The position numbers and the translations under genes are program-made. Positions 11,530 to 24,141 of a DNA stretch of 64,000 nucleotides are shown piece after piece. The stretch's first letter is position 1, and each line of letters starts with the position of its first letter. Origin of the DNA: Eledone cirrhosa (Eukaryota); the NCBI GenBank assembly GCA_964016885.1, contig OZ024758.1, positions 11,036,001 to 11,100,000 of the forward strand, read 5' to 3'. The notes beneath the pieces are model-generated. The model was not told the origin of the DNA, ran no database searches, and was given only the letters and a program-made list of their open reading frames with translations.

Positions 11530-14326
11530 TATATAAAAATAATTCTAAAATGAATTCTTGCTTTCTTTGAAAATATATTGATTTTTCATTTATTTTTTAC
11601 TAGACACAAGATCTCATACTTATAAGAAAATCGAAATGGCTTTATTTTTTCTTTATCTATTTATTTATTGCTACATTAGTCAGCAAGGGAAGGGCAGTGC
11701 TCAAAACTCTTTACATAGCCTCCTCTAAATACTAGGCCTAAATGTTTGTAGTTGAATTAAATTCTGTTTATAGGAAACGGGAAATTGATTTTTTTTTTAA
11801 CCACATAGTCAAGGAAATAAGCATGGCTCTTTTAAAGGCCTCTGGGTTCAAATACCGCCGAGATCAATATTTCTTTTCATCCTTTAGAGGTCGATAAATA
11901 AAGTACCCGTCCATTACAGGCTCGATACCCTCTCCCTTTCATTTCTCTTGAATAAATATAAATCAGACCTGAGGAGGGGCAGGATCCAAGAAGCCATGAT
12001 GGTATGACAGAACCCTTACAAATCAATCGAACAGAGATATGTATTCCACTTGGTTTAAATAAGCAGGACATCTTATGTCATGACGGTACCCCCATGTCTT
12101 CATTGTGAAGAGGAATGGACTCACCCGGGTTTAAATACTCAAAACACGCCTTATATCATGACGGCACTCCTGCGACTACATCAGGGGTTCTAAGCCTACG
12201 AATGGATTCGAATCGAATAGGTACTTCTATTTCAAGACCAATTATTTAAAACAGGTTTTAGGTACCTGTCACCTAATTTCTAGTGCTAGAGCTTTTCGAA
12301 AACTAATGATACACAGCACCACACTATTATTGAGAAAACCAACAATACCACCGACCATTCTGTTAAATCCCCAAACTAGGGTTTATCCAATCAGAATTAA
12401 TCAGTTTGTACATAAAATACTTTCATTATATATTTTTCTACTCTTCAGAGAGCCATAAATGTCACATACTCTCATTTCGTAACATAAGATTATCAAGCCT
12501 TTTTCCTTGGGCACAAATCTAAAATAAATTTTCTTAATTAAAATATTGTAAGTACCTGCTAAACCGAGTCTACAATCCTATTTAATTCCTGTTGGAAGTA
12601 ATTTCCTGTAGTTCCAACAATAACACGTTCAGAAAAGTCATAAATAACAATCCTCACTTCCCTTTTTTAATGATGTCATAAAGTTACCAGTATTTTCATT
12701 AGTGTAGTGTTAAGTTTCGGCTGAATAAAGGTTTTTATTTCTAGATGTAGCTATTTATTGTTAATGACTCTTAAGCATGGATGTATAGCTAAGATGTTAT
12801 TTTCTCAACCACATAGTTCCTAGTTCGACACCACTGCTCCCTATCAAAGGCACGTGTCTTCTTCAATGGCATCGAGTTGATCAACGCTTTATGATCGAGG
12901 GAAAGTAAATCCGCTGTAAACTCCAATTTTATAAATTCTTCTTAATTATGGACGATTAAAATTTTACAAATTTAGTTGCGACTGGCCTAAAGTAAGGGGT
13001 ACATTTCCTGCTGAAGAGGTATGTACGTCACCACTTCCCATTTCAGCCATCTTGTATGATGATAATGACGGGACCTCCGTGATTATCGACGAGGACTGGC
13101 CAGTTATTCAATTAAAAGAACAACCAACTCACAAAATTACAGTATAAATGACTAACTATTTCCTAGACAACGTGTATCCTTAATTCCCAAACCGAATCAA
13201 CGTGAGAAATTATATGACTAGGCTAAACTTTCGAATTATAAGCACAATCCATCCGATGGGCTTCTACACAGTTTCCGTCTACCTGATTTCACTCACAAGG
13301 CTTTCATTGATACCAGATTATATTGAAGACTACAGTCTGAAGAAGCACAATCGCCGAACATTCCCAGCAATTGTCACATTTATTTACATCCATAAAATAA
13401 AATTAAAGAAACTTTCACAAGATGTGTAGTGAGAATCGAATCTGGATCCTCGTGGTTGCGAAACGATCTTGTTAACCACTCAACTATATCTGATACTATA
13501 TATAATATAATATTGTGACTAGTCAAAAGAGAAGGCGAAGATATGATATATTAGCTTCAGTAAACCCACGGTAGACAGTAGAACTGAGAAGACGAAACAT
13601 TGGCAGAGAAAAAAGAAACAAAATTCACTGAGATTATGTTGTCTTCAACTTATAGCTTGCTGTAGTTCTGATAAGCTAGCTTAGTTATATCTCAATATTA
13701 TATATATATAAAGCACGACTAAATATTGTAACACATCATAAGAGAATATTTTGTGTATTTGCACTGAAAATGATTTTCGTATATATATACGCGTTTGTGT
13801 GTCTGTGTGTGTGAGTATACATATATACGTACGTACGTATGTACGTATATAACATAAAGATAGAATACACAAATGAATAGATATTCCCTATATCTGTTAA
13901 TATATACAAGATATAGTAGAACATAGGTTTCTCCATTATACATCCTAATCCACATTGACATGGTTGCTTCTAAAACATCTAGCTGCTCTTGTTGTTTGTT
14001 ATTTGTGTTATAAAGGACATCGTTTGAAATGATGTCGTTGGAAAAGCAGACGTTCTAGTTTATCGCTTGCTTTACTCTTCGATTTACTGTTCGATTTACT
14101 TATCAATATTTTAAATTAATCCTTGTCATAAGAATTCTGTCAGACCAAAGATACACACACACACACACACACACAGATGTGTATATTTATATTTATGAAT
14201 GTATATATGTGAATACATATAAATATATATGCATATATATATATATACATATACTGTATATATGTGTGTGTGTGTATATATATATATTTATATATATATA
14301 TGAATATATATATATATATATATATA

Positions 14327-14362
<36 letters not shown>

Positions 14363-15056
14363 ATGTTTGGGGGATAAATTACCTTTCGTCCGTACATAAA
14401 TCTAGATCTTATATAAACGGATAACAAATCTGCAGTTTATGCACCGATGAAAGGATGTTTATCCACAAAAACGTTTCCACCAACAAGAGATCCCTAAACA
14501 AGAATACACTGCATCAACCATTTTTGAAATCGAACATACGAGCCTATTATGATCGTAAGTCCAGAGTCCAGTATCTTAAACATTAGATCTATGGCTCCAA
14601 AACCATTTTTTTTTTTAATTTTACACACGATAAACATTAGAACAAGTAAAAATATTATGGTGCATTTTGTACTTAACTTCAATAATTTATTCAAGAGCGG
14701 TATTTATACATATTAGCATAGCATTAAGTGGAAATATTTGAACTTCCTTCTTTAGTCAATAATTGCAGTAAAATTATCAATGAAAAGTCTGCACTTGGTG
14801 GGTTTTGTCTTTGTTTTTTTGGTGGGGAGGATGGTTTTGTTGTTGTTGTTGTTTTCCCCTTTGACAGTTATGTATGAAAGTTATAACGAATTTCATTTTG
14901 TATTTTTTTATATTTTGAAATAGAATCTTACTCTTTCATAGTATAGATAATTACATCTCGCAGCACACAGTTTGGGAACCTCTGAGATCGATCGACTGAG
15001 CGATCAATCAGGTAATCGATAAATAGATAGTGAAACAAAGCATACAAACTGACGTA

Positions 15057-15100
<44 letters not shown>

Positions 15101-15221
15101 GAGTAAGTATGAGAATGAGAGTAAAAGAGGAGAAACATAAATTGAGATTCATTCAGAAAAACAAAATGAAGGATGAAAGTTAGGAACGAGAATATGAAAG
15201 AAATAAAGTTATTGGAAAAAA

Positions 15222-15337
15222 TAATTGTTTCTACTTTTGGCACAAGGCCAGCAATTACCTAGTACATTACTGGTACTTTATTTTATCGACCCCGTAAGGA
15301 AGAAAGGCAAAGTGAACCTCGGCGGGATTTGAACTCA
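15222..15337 (-). mobile_element. 5'-truncated SINE S1
   Basis: reverse complement of the S1 consensus from B-box to tail; ATTGGAAAAAATAAT on both sides (15211 and 15337) resembles a target-site duplication. Confidence 0.85.
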
Positions 15338-15490
15338 TTGGAAAAAATAATTTGAACTTATTGGAAAAAATAATAATTTAAAAAAAGGAATTGTTACAAT
15401 GATAAACAAAACTGAGATAATGAGAAGTAGCAGATATCTAATTAGCGTAAAGGACCCTTTAATCCATGTTGTCCCGTTCGTTTTAAATAT

Positions 15491-15587
15491 CTAGGGTATC
15501 CCATAAAATATATATACACCATTCTAATAAATATTGCCTGTACAGGTAATCAAAGTGTGTATACATTTTGGGGCGGGACACCCTGTA
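15491..15587. mobile_element. Tc1/mariner-type MITE (about 95 bp)
   Basis: imperfect terminal inverted repeats TAGGGTATCCC..AAAATATATATACAC / GTGTGTATACATTTT..GGGACACCCTG followed by TA. Confidence 0.65.
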
Positions 15588-17372
15588 TATTAGAATCCTT
15601 GAAAGTACCATCTGATGCAATGAGCGCTAAAGTAAATTGGTGAGACGTGAAGATTAGATATTTATATAAAAGTTTAGTTGTATAAAAGTGGATTTATACG
15701 ACTTGATATTGAATATAGCTTTATAGACATTTTATTATCTGTTGTTGTTATCTCTGTTTTAGAGGTTGGCATGGATGAATGCTGGAATCTCAGCAAAGTT
15801 CTATGGTGAGGACTACGACTACATTTACATAGTTTATTAAGTTTCTTGCAAGAAGGTCCCCAAATTTTCTCAGCCCAGGTACCCTAGTTGCTTTAGTCCG
15901 GCCCTGATACTGAGGGGAAAAACAAGGGATAGAAGTAGAAAAAGATATATAAACGAAGGGGGGGGGTTGTATGTTATAAACGAGATATAAGTATAAGACT
16001 GCAGCATGGTAGCAACAAGTTATTGAATGCGTCATGGGTAAAGAATAATATCGTCTTATATGATGTGTATTTGAAGAAGAAGAAGAAGAAGAAAAAGAAA
16101 AAGAAAAAGAAAAAGAAAAAGAAGAAGAAGAATAATAAGAAGAAGGTGATGGTGGTGATGGAGTTTGTGATGTTGCGGTTATTGACTGTGAACGAGAAGA
16201 GAATGGCGGAGAGGAGCGAAGACTCCTGTTTAACCAAGAGAAGAACATCAATTACGTAAGAAGCACGTATCTAAATGGAAGAAAGACTAGCAAAGATATG
16301 TTGAGAACAATAAACACGATAATGATGTAGAGAGATGTTACGGCGTAGAGCTTAGAGTTTTCTCTGTTTAACAACGTGACAAAACTTGAAGCAGACGACC
16401 GAGAATCGTAACGTCTGCTGTTGAATCAACCAATCAAGAAACATCTTTCAGAAACCGAGGAGAAGAAGTAAGAAGAAGAAGAAAAAGAAGGAGGAGCAGA
16501 AGGAGGAAAAGAAGAACAGGAAAAAGGAGGAGGAGAAGGAAAAGCACACGCACTCACACATGCACACACATACACATATGTATATATATATATATACACA
16601 CACATTTATGCATAGCCTTAAACAAACAAATATATACAGACATACACACACACATATTTATATGTACATATACACATACTTATGCATAGCCTTAAACAAA
16701 CAAATATAGACATACATACACAGTCACACATACACACTCACATATATACTGCCGTTAGATCTTCTCTTTCCTTTATGCAATCTGTTTGGTATAGCTTTGG
16801 TGGACTGCATCAAGTTCCCTGGATAATACAATTTCGAGAATAAGAGTGGGACTACCTAATACTGAGCCCAGGCTGCACCACACCTTGAAAAAGTTGCCGG
16901 AAAGATGCAAAGGAGACAACACAACAACATAAAGATAGAAGAAAACAATGGAATATCTTTGCCGGAAAAATGCAAAGGAAACAACACAACATAAAGACAG
17001 AAGCAAACAACGGAATGTCTTTTGACTAGAACAGAAAAACGAGTAAATAAAGTCTTACGACTGAACACAGAACTAGATACGAGCACAAATAAGTTGAGTA
17101 AATGGTAAAGCAAAGAGGAGGGAAATGTAAATAGACTTTCGTCAAAAAAATAAGATAAGTGTAGAGAACAGAAAAATATGTAATATCAGCAAATGGAGAG
17201 GATAGAAGAAGAAAAGGAGAAGAAAAGAGAGAGTGAAAAAGAAGTATGAGAAAGAGGGAGAGAGAGAGAGAGAGAAAGAGAGAGTCGTGGTGATAAGTAG
17301 TTTAACAAATAGATTGTGTGTGTGCGTGTATATATATATATATATATATACATATATATATAGAGAGAGAGA

Positions 17373-17416
<44 letters not shown>

Positions 17417-17428
17417 TATCTATCTACA

Positions 17429-17517
<89 letters not shown>

Positions 17518-17944
17518 CCATAATGTTGTATATTTTCTATTTATTTCTCACCTTTGCTGCTGCTTTTTGCCACCATTTCGACACCAAGTAAATATTTCTA
17601 TCAACTTGTCACGTTTTACTTTCTATCTTTCTCAAGACCTCTTATTTCGTCTCCAGAAGACTTTGTTTTAATCTGAGATGAAAATATATGACATCACTAA
17701 TAGACAGGTAAACATCTGGAGTTTCGAAAGTATTGCTGTGTATGTGTGTGTTGTGCGTGTGTGTGTGTGTTTAACATATAGCACTATGTATATATATATG
17801 TTGTGTGTGTGTGTGTGTGTGTATTTTAGAGGTATGCACTATGTATATATGCTGTGTATGTGTGTGTGTATTTTACAGGTATGCATTATGTATATATGTT
17901 GTGTGTGTGTATTTTAGAGGTATGTATATGTGCGTGTTGTTGTT

Positions 17945-17988
<44 letters not shown>

Positions 17989-18065
17989 TGTGTGTGTGTT
18001 TGTGAGTGTATGCGTGTGTACATGTGTACATTATGTATATATGCTGTGTGTGTTGTTGTTCTTGT

Positions 18066-18150
18066 ATGTGTGTAACTTTGTCTATTTCTATAATGTTCAT
18101 ATATGCGTGTATTTTGATGATCTATATATGCGTATGTATATTTATAAATG

Positions 18151-18186
<36 letters not shown>

Positions 18187-18272
18187 CATTTATAAATATA
18201 CATACGCATATATAGATCATCAAAATACACGCATATATGAACATTATAGAAATAGACAAACTTACACACATA
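18066..18272. repeat. Near-perfect palindrome with about 85-bp arms centred on (TA)n
   Basis: TTTGTCTATTTCTATAATGTTC...TAAATGTTA (TA)n TAACATTTA...GAACATTATAGAAATAGACAAA. Confidence 0.95.
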
Positions 18273-18299
18273 TATATATATATATATATACACACAATA

Positions 18300-18372
<73 letters not shown>

Positions 18373-18850
18373 GTGTGCGTGTGTGTGTGTGTGCGTGCGT
18401 GCGCGTGTGTGTGCGTGTGTGTGCGTGTGTGTTTGCATGCAAGCAGGGAATTGTGTTAGATTCTGGATACACGAGAGTCACTTATGGATATGTCGATATT
18501 AAAAACAAGGACAAAGTGTCATTCATGTTTCATATAAAAAGCTCGGCGTTGAGGTTTATTAATTCTGAAAAATATTGAAAATGAAAATTCTCACCCACGT
18601 TAGCCTAGAGCTTGTATTAGGCTTAAAATCTTCTCCTTGCTGGAACAGTACCTCGAGAATAGATGGCATTGTTCCTGGCTTTTTCTTCATTAAAAATTGC
18701 CTTTTGGTGACGGAAGCTTAATTCTATGTTTAATTCCAATAGAGAAATGAATTTCAAATTAAAAAAACAATTTGTGACATAAGCGACCCAATAGCATGAT
18801 ACAGGTCGTTAATACCTGAATATCGATTTAGAATTATTTTATTTGATCAA

Positions 18851-19345
18851 TCAACTGATTAAAATAGTGTTGATTAAAAACATTGTTTCATCAGCGGTCT
18901 TCTCTCTTCTGCAGTGTCTCTTATCACTCCCGTATAATACATGCTGAACAACTTTTACTTTGGTCATGGAAATCTCAGAGCTGACAATAACTTGTTGATT
19001 AAATAACATTTCTGAAGTTTTAATGTTCATTTGTTTACATATTTTGGTTGTTCTTGATTTCTTTTTATTTATGAAAGACAAGTATTGGTACCTTTGATGT
19101 CTGGCATCGACCATTCCTATCCAATCCAGAGCCTTCTCAATTCTGTCGGAGTGAACCTCTCCCAGGTTAACCTTCACCACTTTCTGTTTGGTTTTGGTCA
19201 TGTCAGGAATGTAGCCGTACTCACCATGCTTGGCCAAATGCGGGTTGATGAGGCTATTTAACTCATACTTCAGGTGAATGGCTATTATTGACTCTGAGGA
19301 GTTCATTCGCCCTTTTAACAGCTCTTGTGGTGTTGGTGTTCCCAT
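18851..19345 (-). other. 164-aa non-repetitive ORF of unknown identity, possibly a retroelement ORF1 remnant
   Basis: only long non-repetitive ATG-started ORF in the window; starts immediately after the 106-bp array on the minus strand; no motif I can recognise. Confidence 0.3.
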
Positions 19346-19356
19346 TACCCCCCTCA

Positions 19357-20935
19357 GGGTCTGGTGAGGAGGTGCAGTTTAGTTGTTGATCACTCAACTA
19401 TAAATCCTGTTGTTCTGGGCTACATGGTACCCGTAGCAGGCAGAAGCCTGACATGACCAAACCCTTGTCTGGCGGTGGAGCCGGTTTAGTCACCGACAAT
19501 TCGACCATGAAACAGGTTTTATTGGTTACAAGGTACCCGTAGCAGGCAGAAGCCTGACATGACCAAACCCTTGTCTGGCGGTGGAGCCGGTTTAGTCACC
19601 GACAATTCGACCATGAAACAGGTTTTATTGGTTACAAGGTACCCGTAGCAGGCAGAAGCCTGACATGACCAGACCCTTGTCTGGCGGTGGAGCCGGTTTA
19701 GTCACCGACAATTCGACCATGAAACAGGTTTTATTGGTTACAAGGTACCCGTAGCAGGCAGAAGCCTGACCTGACCAGACCCTTGTCTAGCGGTGGAGCC
19801 GGTTTAGTCACCGACAATTCGACCATGAAACAGGTTTTATTGGTTACAAGGTACCCGTAGCAGGCAGAAGCCTGACATGACCAGACCCTTGTCTGGCGGT
19901 GGAGCCGGTTTAGTCACCGACAATTCGACCATGAAACAGGTTTTATTGGTTACAAGGTACCCGTAGCAGGCAGAAGCCTGACATGACCAGACCCTTGTCT
20001 GGCGGTGGAGCCGGTTTAGTCACCGACAATTCGACCATGAAACAGGTTTTATTGGTTACAAGGTACCCGTAGCAGGCAGAAGCCTGACATGACCAGACCC
20101 TTGTCTGGCGGTGGAGCCGGTTTAGTCACCGACAATTCGACCATGAAACAGGTTTTATTGGTTACAAGGTACCCGTAGCAGGCAGAAGCCTGACATGACC
20201 AGACCCTTGTCTGGCGGTGGAGCCGGTTTAGTCACCGACAATTCGACCATGAAACAGGTTTTATTGGTTACAAGGTACCCGTAGCAGGCAGAAGCCTGAC
20301 ATGACCAGACCCTTGTCTGGCGGTGGAGCCGGTTTAGTCACCGACAATTCGACCATGAAACAGGTTTTATTGGTTACAAGGTACCCGTAGCAGGCAGAAG
20401 CCTGACATGACCAGACCCTTGTCTGGCGGTGGAGCCGGTTTAGTCACCGACAATTCGACCATGAAACAGGTTTTATTGGTTACAAGGTACCCGTAGCAGG
20501 CAGAAGCCTGACATGACCAGACCCTTGTCTGGCGGTGGAGCCGGTTTAGTCACCGACAATTCGACCATGAAACAGGTTTTATTGGTTACAAGGTACCCGT
20601 AGCAGGCAGAAGCCTGACCTGACCAAACCCTTGTCTGGCGGTGGAGCCGGTTTAGTCACCGACAATTCGACCATGAAACAGGTTTTATTGGTTACAAGGT
20701 ACCCGTAGCAGGCAGAAGCCTGACATGACCAGACCCTTGTCTGGCGGTGGAGCCGGTTTAGTCACCGACAATTCGACCATGAAACAGGTTTTATTGGTTA
20801 CAAGGTACCCGTAGCAGGCAGAAGCCTGACATGACCAGAGCAGAGTCTGATGGTGTAGCCTGTTTAGTCACAGACCACTCAACCATGAAGCAGATTGTAT
20901 TGGGCTACATGTTACCTGCAGTAAGCAGAAGCCAT
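19357..20935. repeat. 106-bp tandem array: 13 near-identical units (19426-20803) plus diverged edge units
   Basis: GGTACCCGTAGCAGGCAGAAGCC recurs at 19426, 19532, 19638 ... 20804. Confidence 0.98.
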
Positions 20936-21119
20936 ACCCGACAGAGGCAGCAGCATATTACTGATAACCATATTGCTTCAAGATATATTCTTCACTGAAT
21001 CAACTGTTTTGAAGAGACTCTAATGGCGTAGAAACGTTGAGGGAGGATTAAGGAAGTTTACTTTTCTAGGTATGACCGTGTAAACAAGTAAATGTGAGTA
21101 TGATTGTGTGTTATATGTA

Positions 21120-21195
<76 letters not shown>

Positions 21196-21737
21196 ATATG
21201 TGTGCATATATGCATATCAGTTATGTGTGATTGTGTATCTGAGAGTGTATGCAAGTTTCTGAGTCTCTCTTTCACTCTCTCTCTCTCTATATATATATAA
21301 TATATGTGTGTATGTGTGTATGTGTGTGTGTGTCTCTCTCTCTCTCTCTCTGTTTATGTAAGTATTTATGTATATGTTTGCGTGTGTTTATCTTCTTGCC
21401 TGTGGGTATGTATTTATGCATGCGTCTATCTTCGGGTGTCTGTGTGTGTGTGTGTGAGTGTGTGTGTGAATGTGTCTGCGGGTGTCTCTGTGTGTGTGTC
21501 TGTGTGTGTCTCTGTGCGTGTCTGTCTATATGTGTTAAACTCTTATCTTTATTCTACAGAAAACAGAAGAATATATTCCGTCTGACAAATCCTTTTTTCA
21601 AGACAAGTAAAAAGAAAAGCCCCCCCCCTCCCTCCACACCTCCGCCGCCGCTCAATCGTCTTAATACAACGAAAGAAATAATCATAAATACATTTCATCA
21701 TATTATAGAAACCTCTCCCTCCTTCCCCTACACCAGC

Positions 21738-21794
<57 letters not shown>

Positions 21795-21802
<8 letters not shown>

Positions 21803-21982
21803 TGATATTCTACAGGACTAGAACTGTTTCATTCTTTAGAAATCATCAGGAATCTCTGATGATTTCTAAAGAATGAAACAGTTCTAATCCTGTAGAATCT
21901 CATCTATATTAAATATTTTATACTCTGCAATGTATTGAGTACCTTACTTACTGTAATTACCTCCGATTCAACCCGGAATAAC

Positions 21983-21983
<1 letters not shown>
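21795..21983 (+). mobile_element. Family A hammerhead fold-back element flanked by (TA)n
   Basis: 55-bp inverted arms (21795-21849 / 21856-21910) plus a tail; homologous to 30100-30288 and 57198-57378. Confidence 0.85.
21804..21856 (-). ncRNA. Type I hammerhead ribozyme, family A
   Basis: GAGAUUC-CUGAUGA-U-UUC[UAAA]GAA-U-GAA-ACAG[UUCUAGUC]CUGU-A-GAAUAUC; cleavage after GUA; one stem I mismatch. Confidence 0.75.
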
Positions 21984-22025
<42 letters not shown>

Positions 22026-22155
22026 GAAGTTATATTTAATTTGTTGGGATACAACAAGCAAATATTTTTATAACTGATATAAAGCACTCAACAAAATTTT
22101 TGGAGTAAAAATACAATATTTTAACAAATAGAAACTATATTTATAAAACCATATT

Positions 22156-22220
22156 TATTTCATTATACATATTTCAAGGACACCAAAGCAAATTATGGTG
22201 CGCTTTCATCAGATAAAATA
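22156..22220 (-). ncRNA. Type I hammerhead ribozyme, family B (left arm)
   Basis: UAUUUUAU-CUGAUGA-AAGCGCACCA..UGGUGUCCUU-GAAA-UAUGUA-UA-AUGAAAUA. Confidence 0.8.
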
Positions 22221-22338
22221 TAATATAGATCAGTTTTATAAACAAATATTGACATACCCTTAAAAGAATGCGATCATGTCTGTTGGTCGCATTCTTTAAG
22301 GGTATGTCAATATTTGTTTATAAAACTGATCTATATTA

Positions 22339-22403
22339 TATTTTATCTGATGAAAGCGCACCATAATTTAACTTGGTGTCCTTGAAATATGTATAATGAA
22401 ATA
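22339..22403 (+). ncRNA. Type I hammerhead ribozyme, family B (right arm)
   Basis: UAUUUUAU-CUGAUGA-AAGCGCACCA[UAAUUUAACU]UGGUGUCCUU-GAAA-UAUGUA-UA-AUGAAAUA; 8-bp stem I with one G-U pair. Confidence 0.8.
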
Positions 22404-22443
22404 AATATGGTTTTATAAATATAGTTTCCATTTGTTAATATAC

Positions 22444-22486
<43 letters not shown>

Positions 22487-22581
22487 CTAACTCTCTCCCT
22501 CTTTCTCGACGGCCCTGCTTCTCTTTCACACTGTTTTGCGGTGAACACACACACACACATATATATATATACACACACACG

Positions 22582-22639
<58 letters not shown>

Positions 22640-22834
22640 AGTGTATGCTAAACTATCACAGCTAGAGCATTGCTACTAGAGTCTCCTTGCATCCTTTACA
22701 TCACTAGTAAACATCATAAATCATCGTCGGTAAGTGATCATTACTACATTACTAAACCATCATGTCTACTAAACCACTATCACTACTAAATCATCATCAC
22801 TACTAAACCATCATTACTACTAAACCATCATTAC

Positions 22835-22880
<46 letters not shown>

Positions 22881-22884
<4 letters not shown>

Positions 22885-23777
22885 TGACTGGACATTGCCT
22901 AGACATCAGATTGTAGAGATAAGATAAAGATTTGATAAATTGCTGGAAATTATGTATCTATGTATGTATGTGTATATTTATATATGTATATATATATATA
23001 CGTATGTATATATATATATATATATATATACGTACGTATGTATATATATATATATATACGTATGTATATATATATATATATATACGTGTGTATATATATA
23101 TACATGTACGTATGTATATATATATATATACATACGTATATGTATATATATATACATACGTATATGTATATATATATACATACGTATATGTATATATATA
23201 TACATACGTATATGTATATATATATACATACGTATATGTATATATATATACATACGTATATGTATATATATATACATACGTATATATATATATACATACA
23301 TATATGTATATATATATACATACGTATATATATATATATACATACATATATGTATATATATATACATACGTATATATATATATATACATACGTATATATA
23401 TACATACGTATATATATATATATATATACATACGTATATATATATATATATACATACGTATATATATATATATATATACATACGTATATATATATATATA
23501 TATACATACGTATATATATATATATATACATACGTATATATATATATATATATACATACGTATATATATATATATACATACGTATATATATATATACATA
23601 CGTATATATATATATACATACGTATATATATATATACATACGTATATATATATATACATACGTATATATATATATACATACGTATATATATATATACATA
23701 CGTATATATATATACATACGTATATGTATATATATATATACATACGTATATATATATATACATACGTATATGTATAT

Positions 23778-23810
<33 letters not shown>

Positions 23811-23831
23811 CATACATACATATGTATATAT

Positions 23832-23862
<31 letters not shown>

Positions 23863-24141
23863 CATACATACGTATATATATATATACATACATACGTATA
23901 TATATATACATACATACGTATATATATATACATACGTACGTATATATATATACATACGTACGTATATATATATACATACGTACGTCTATATATATATATA
24001 CATATATACATATATACACATATGTACATCTATACATATATAAATATACACATACATACATAGATACATAATTTCCAGCAATTTATCAAATCTTTATCTT
24101 ATCTCTACAATCTGATGTCTAGGCAATGTCCAGTCAAGATA
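22881..24141. repeat. About 108-bp perfect inverted repeat bracketing a 1-kb (TA)n/CATACG compound microsatellite
   Basis: ATCTTGACTGGACATTGCCTAGAC... at 22881 is the reverse complement of ...GTCTAGGCAATGTCCAGTCAAGAT at about 24140. Confidence 0.95.

Larger units (their letters stand above)
22022..22443 (-). mobile_element. Family B hammerhead fold-back element flanked by (TA)n
   Basis: about 160-bp inverted arms (about 22116-22275 / 22284-22443) plus a tail; homologous to 25032-25385 and 61028-61340. Confidence 0.85.

Noticed and set aside
19426-20803. 106-bp array as a CRISPR array or coding repeat
   Set aside because: Units are contiguous with no unique spacers, the context is eukaryotic with no cas genes, and the period is not a multiple of 3.
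21005-21045. TTGAAGAGAC...GTAGAAACGTTG as a hammerhead
   Set aside because: The first core base is altered and stems I and II do not pair adequately.
22932-24071. Long ORFs of 300-500 aa (also 31610-33160, 6017-7126, 3660-4309, 35191-35891 and others)
   Set aside because: They are translations of (TA)n, (CA)n and (GGT/GTT)n microsatellites that lack stop codons in several frames; no evidence of coding.
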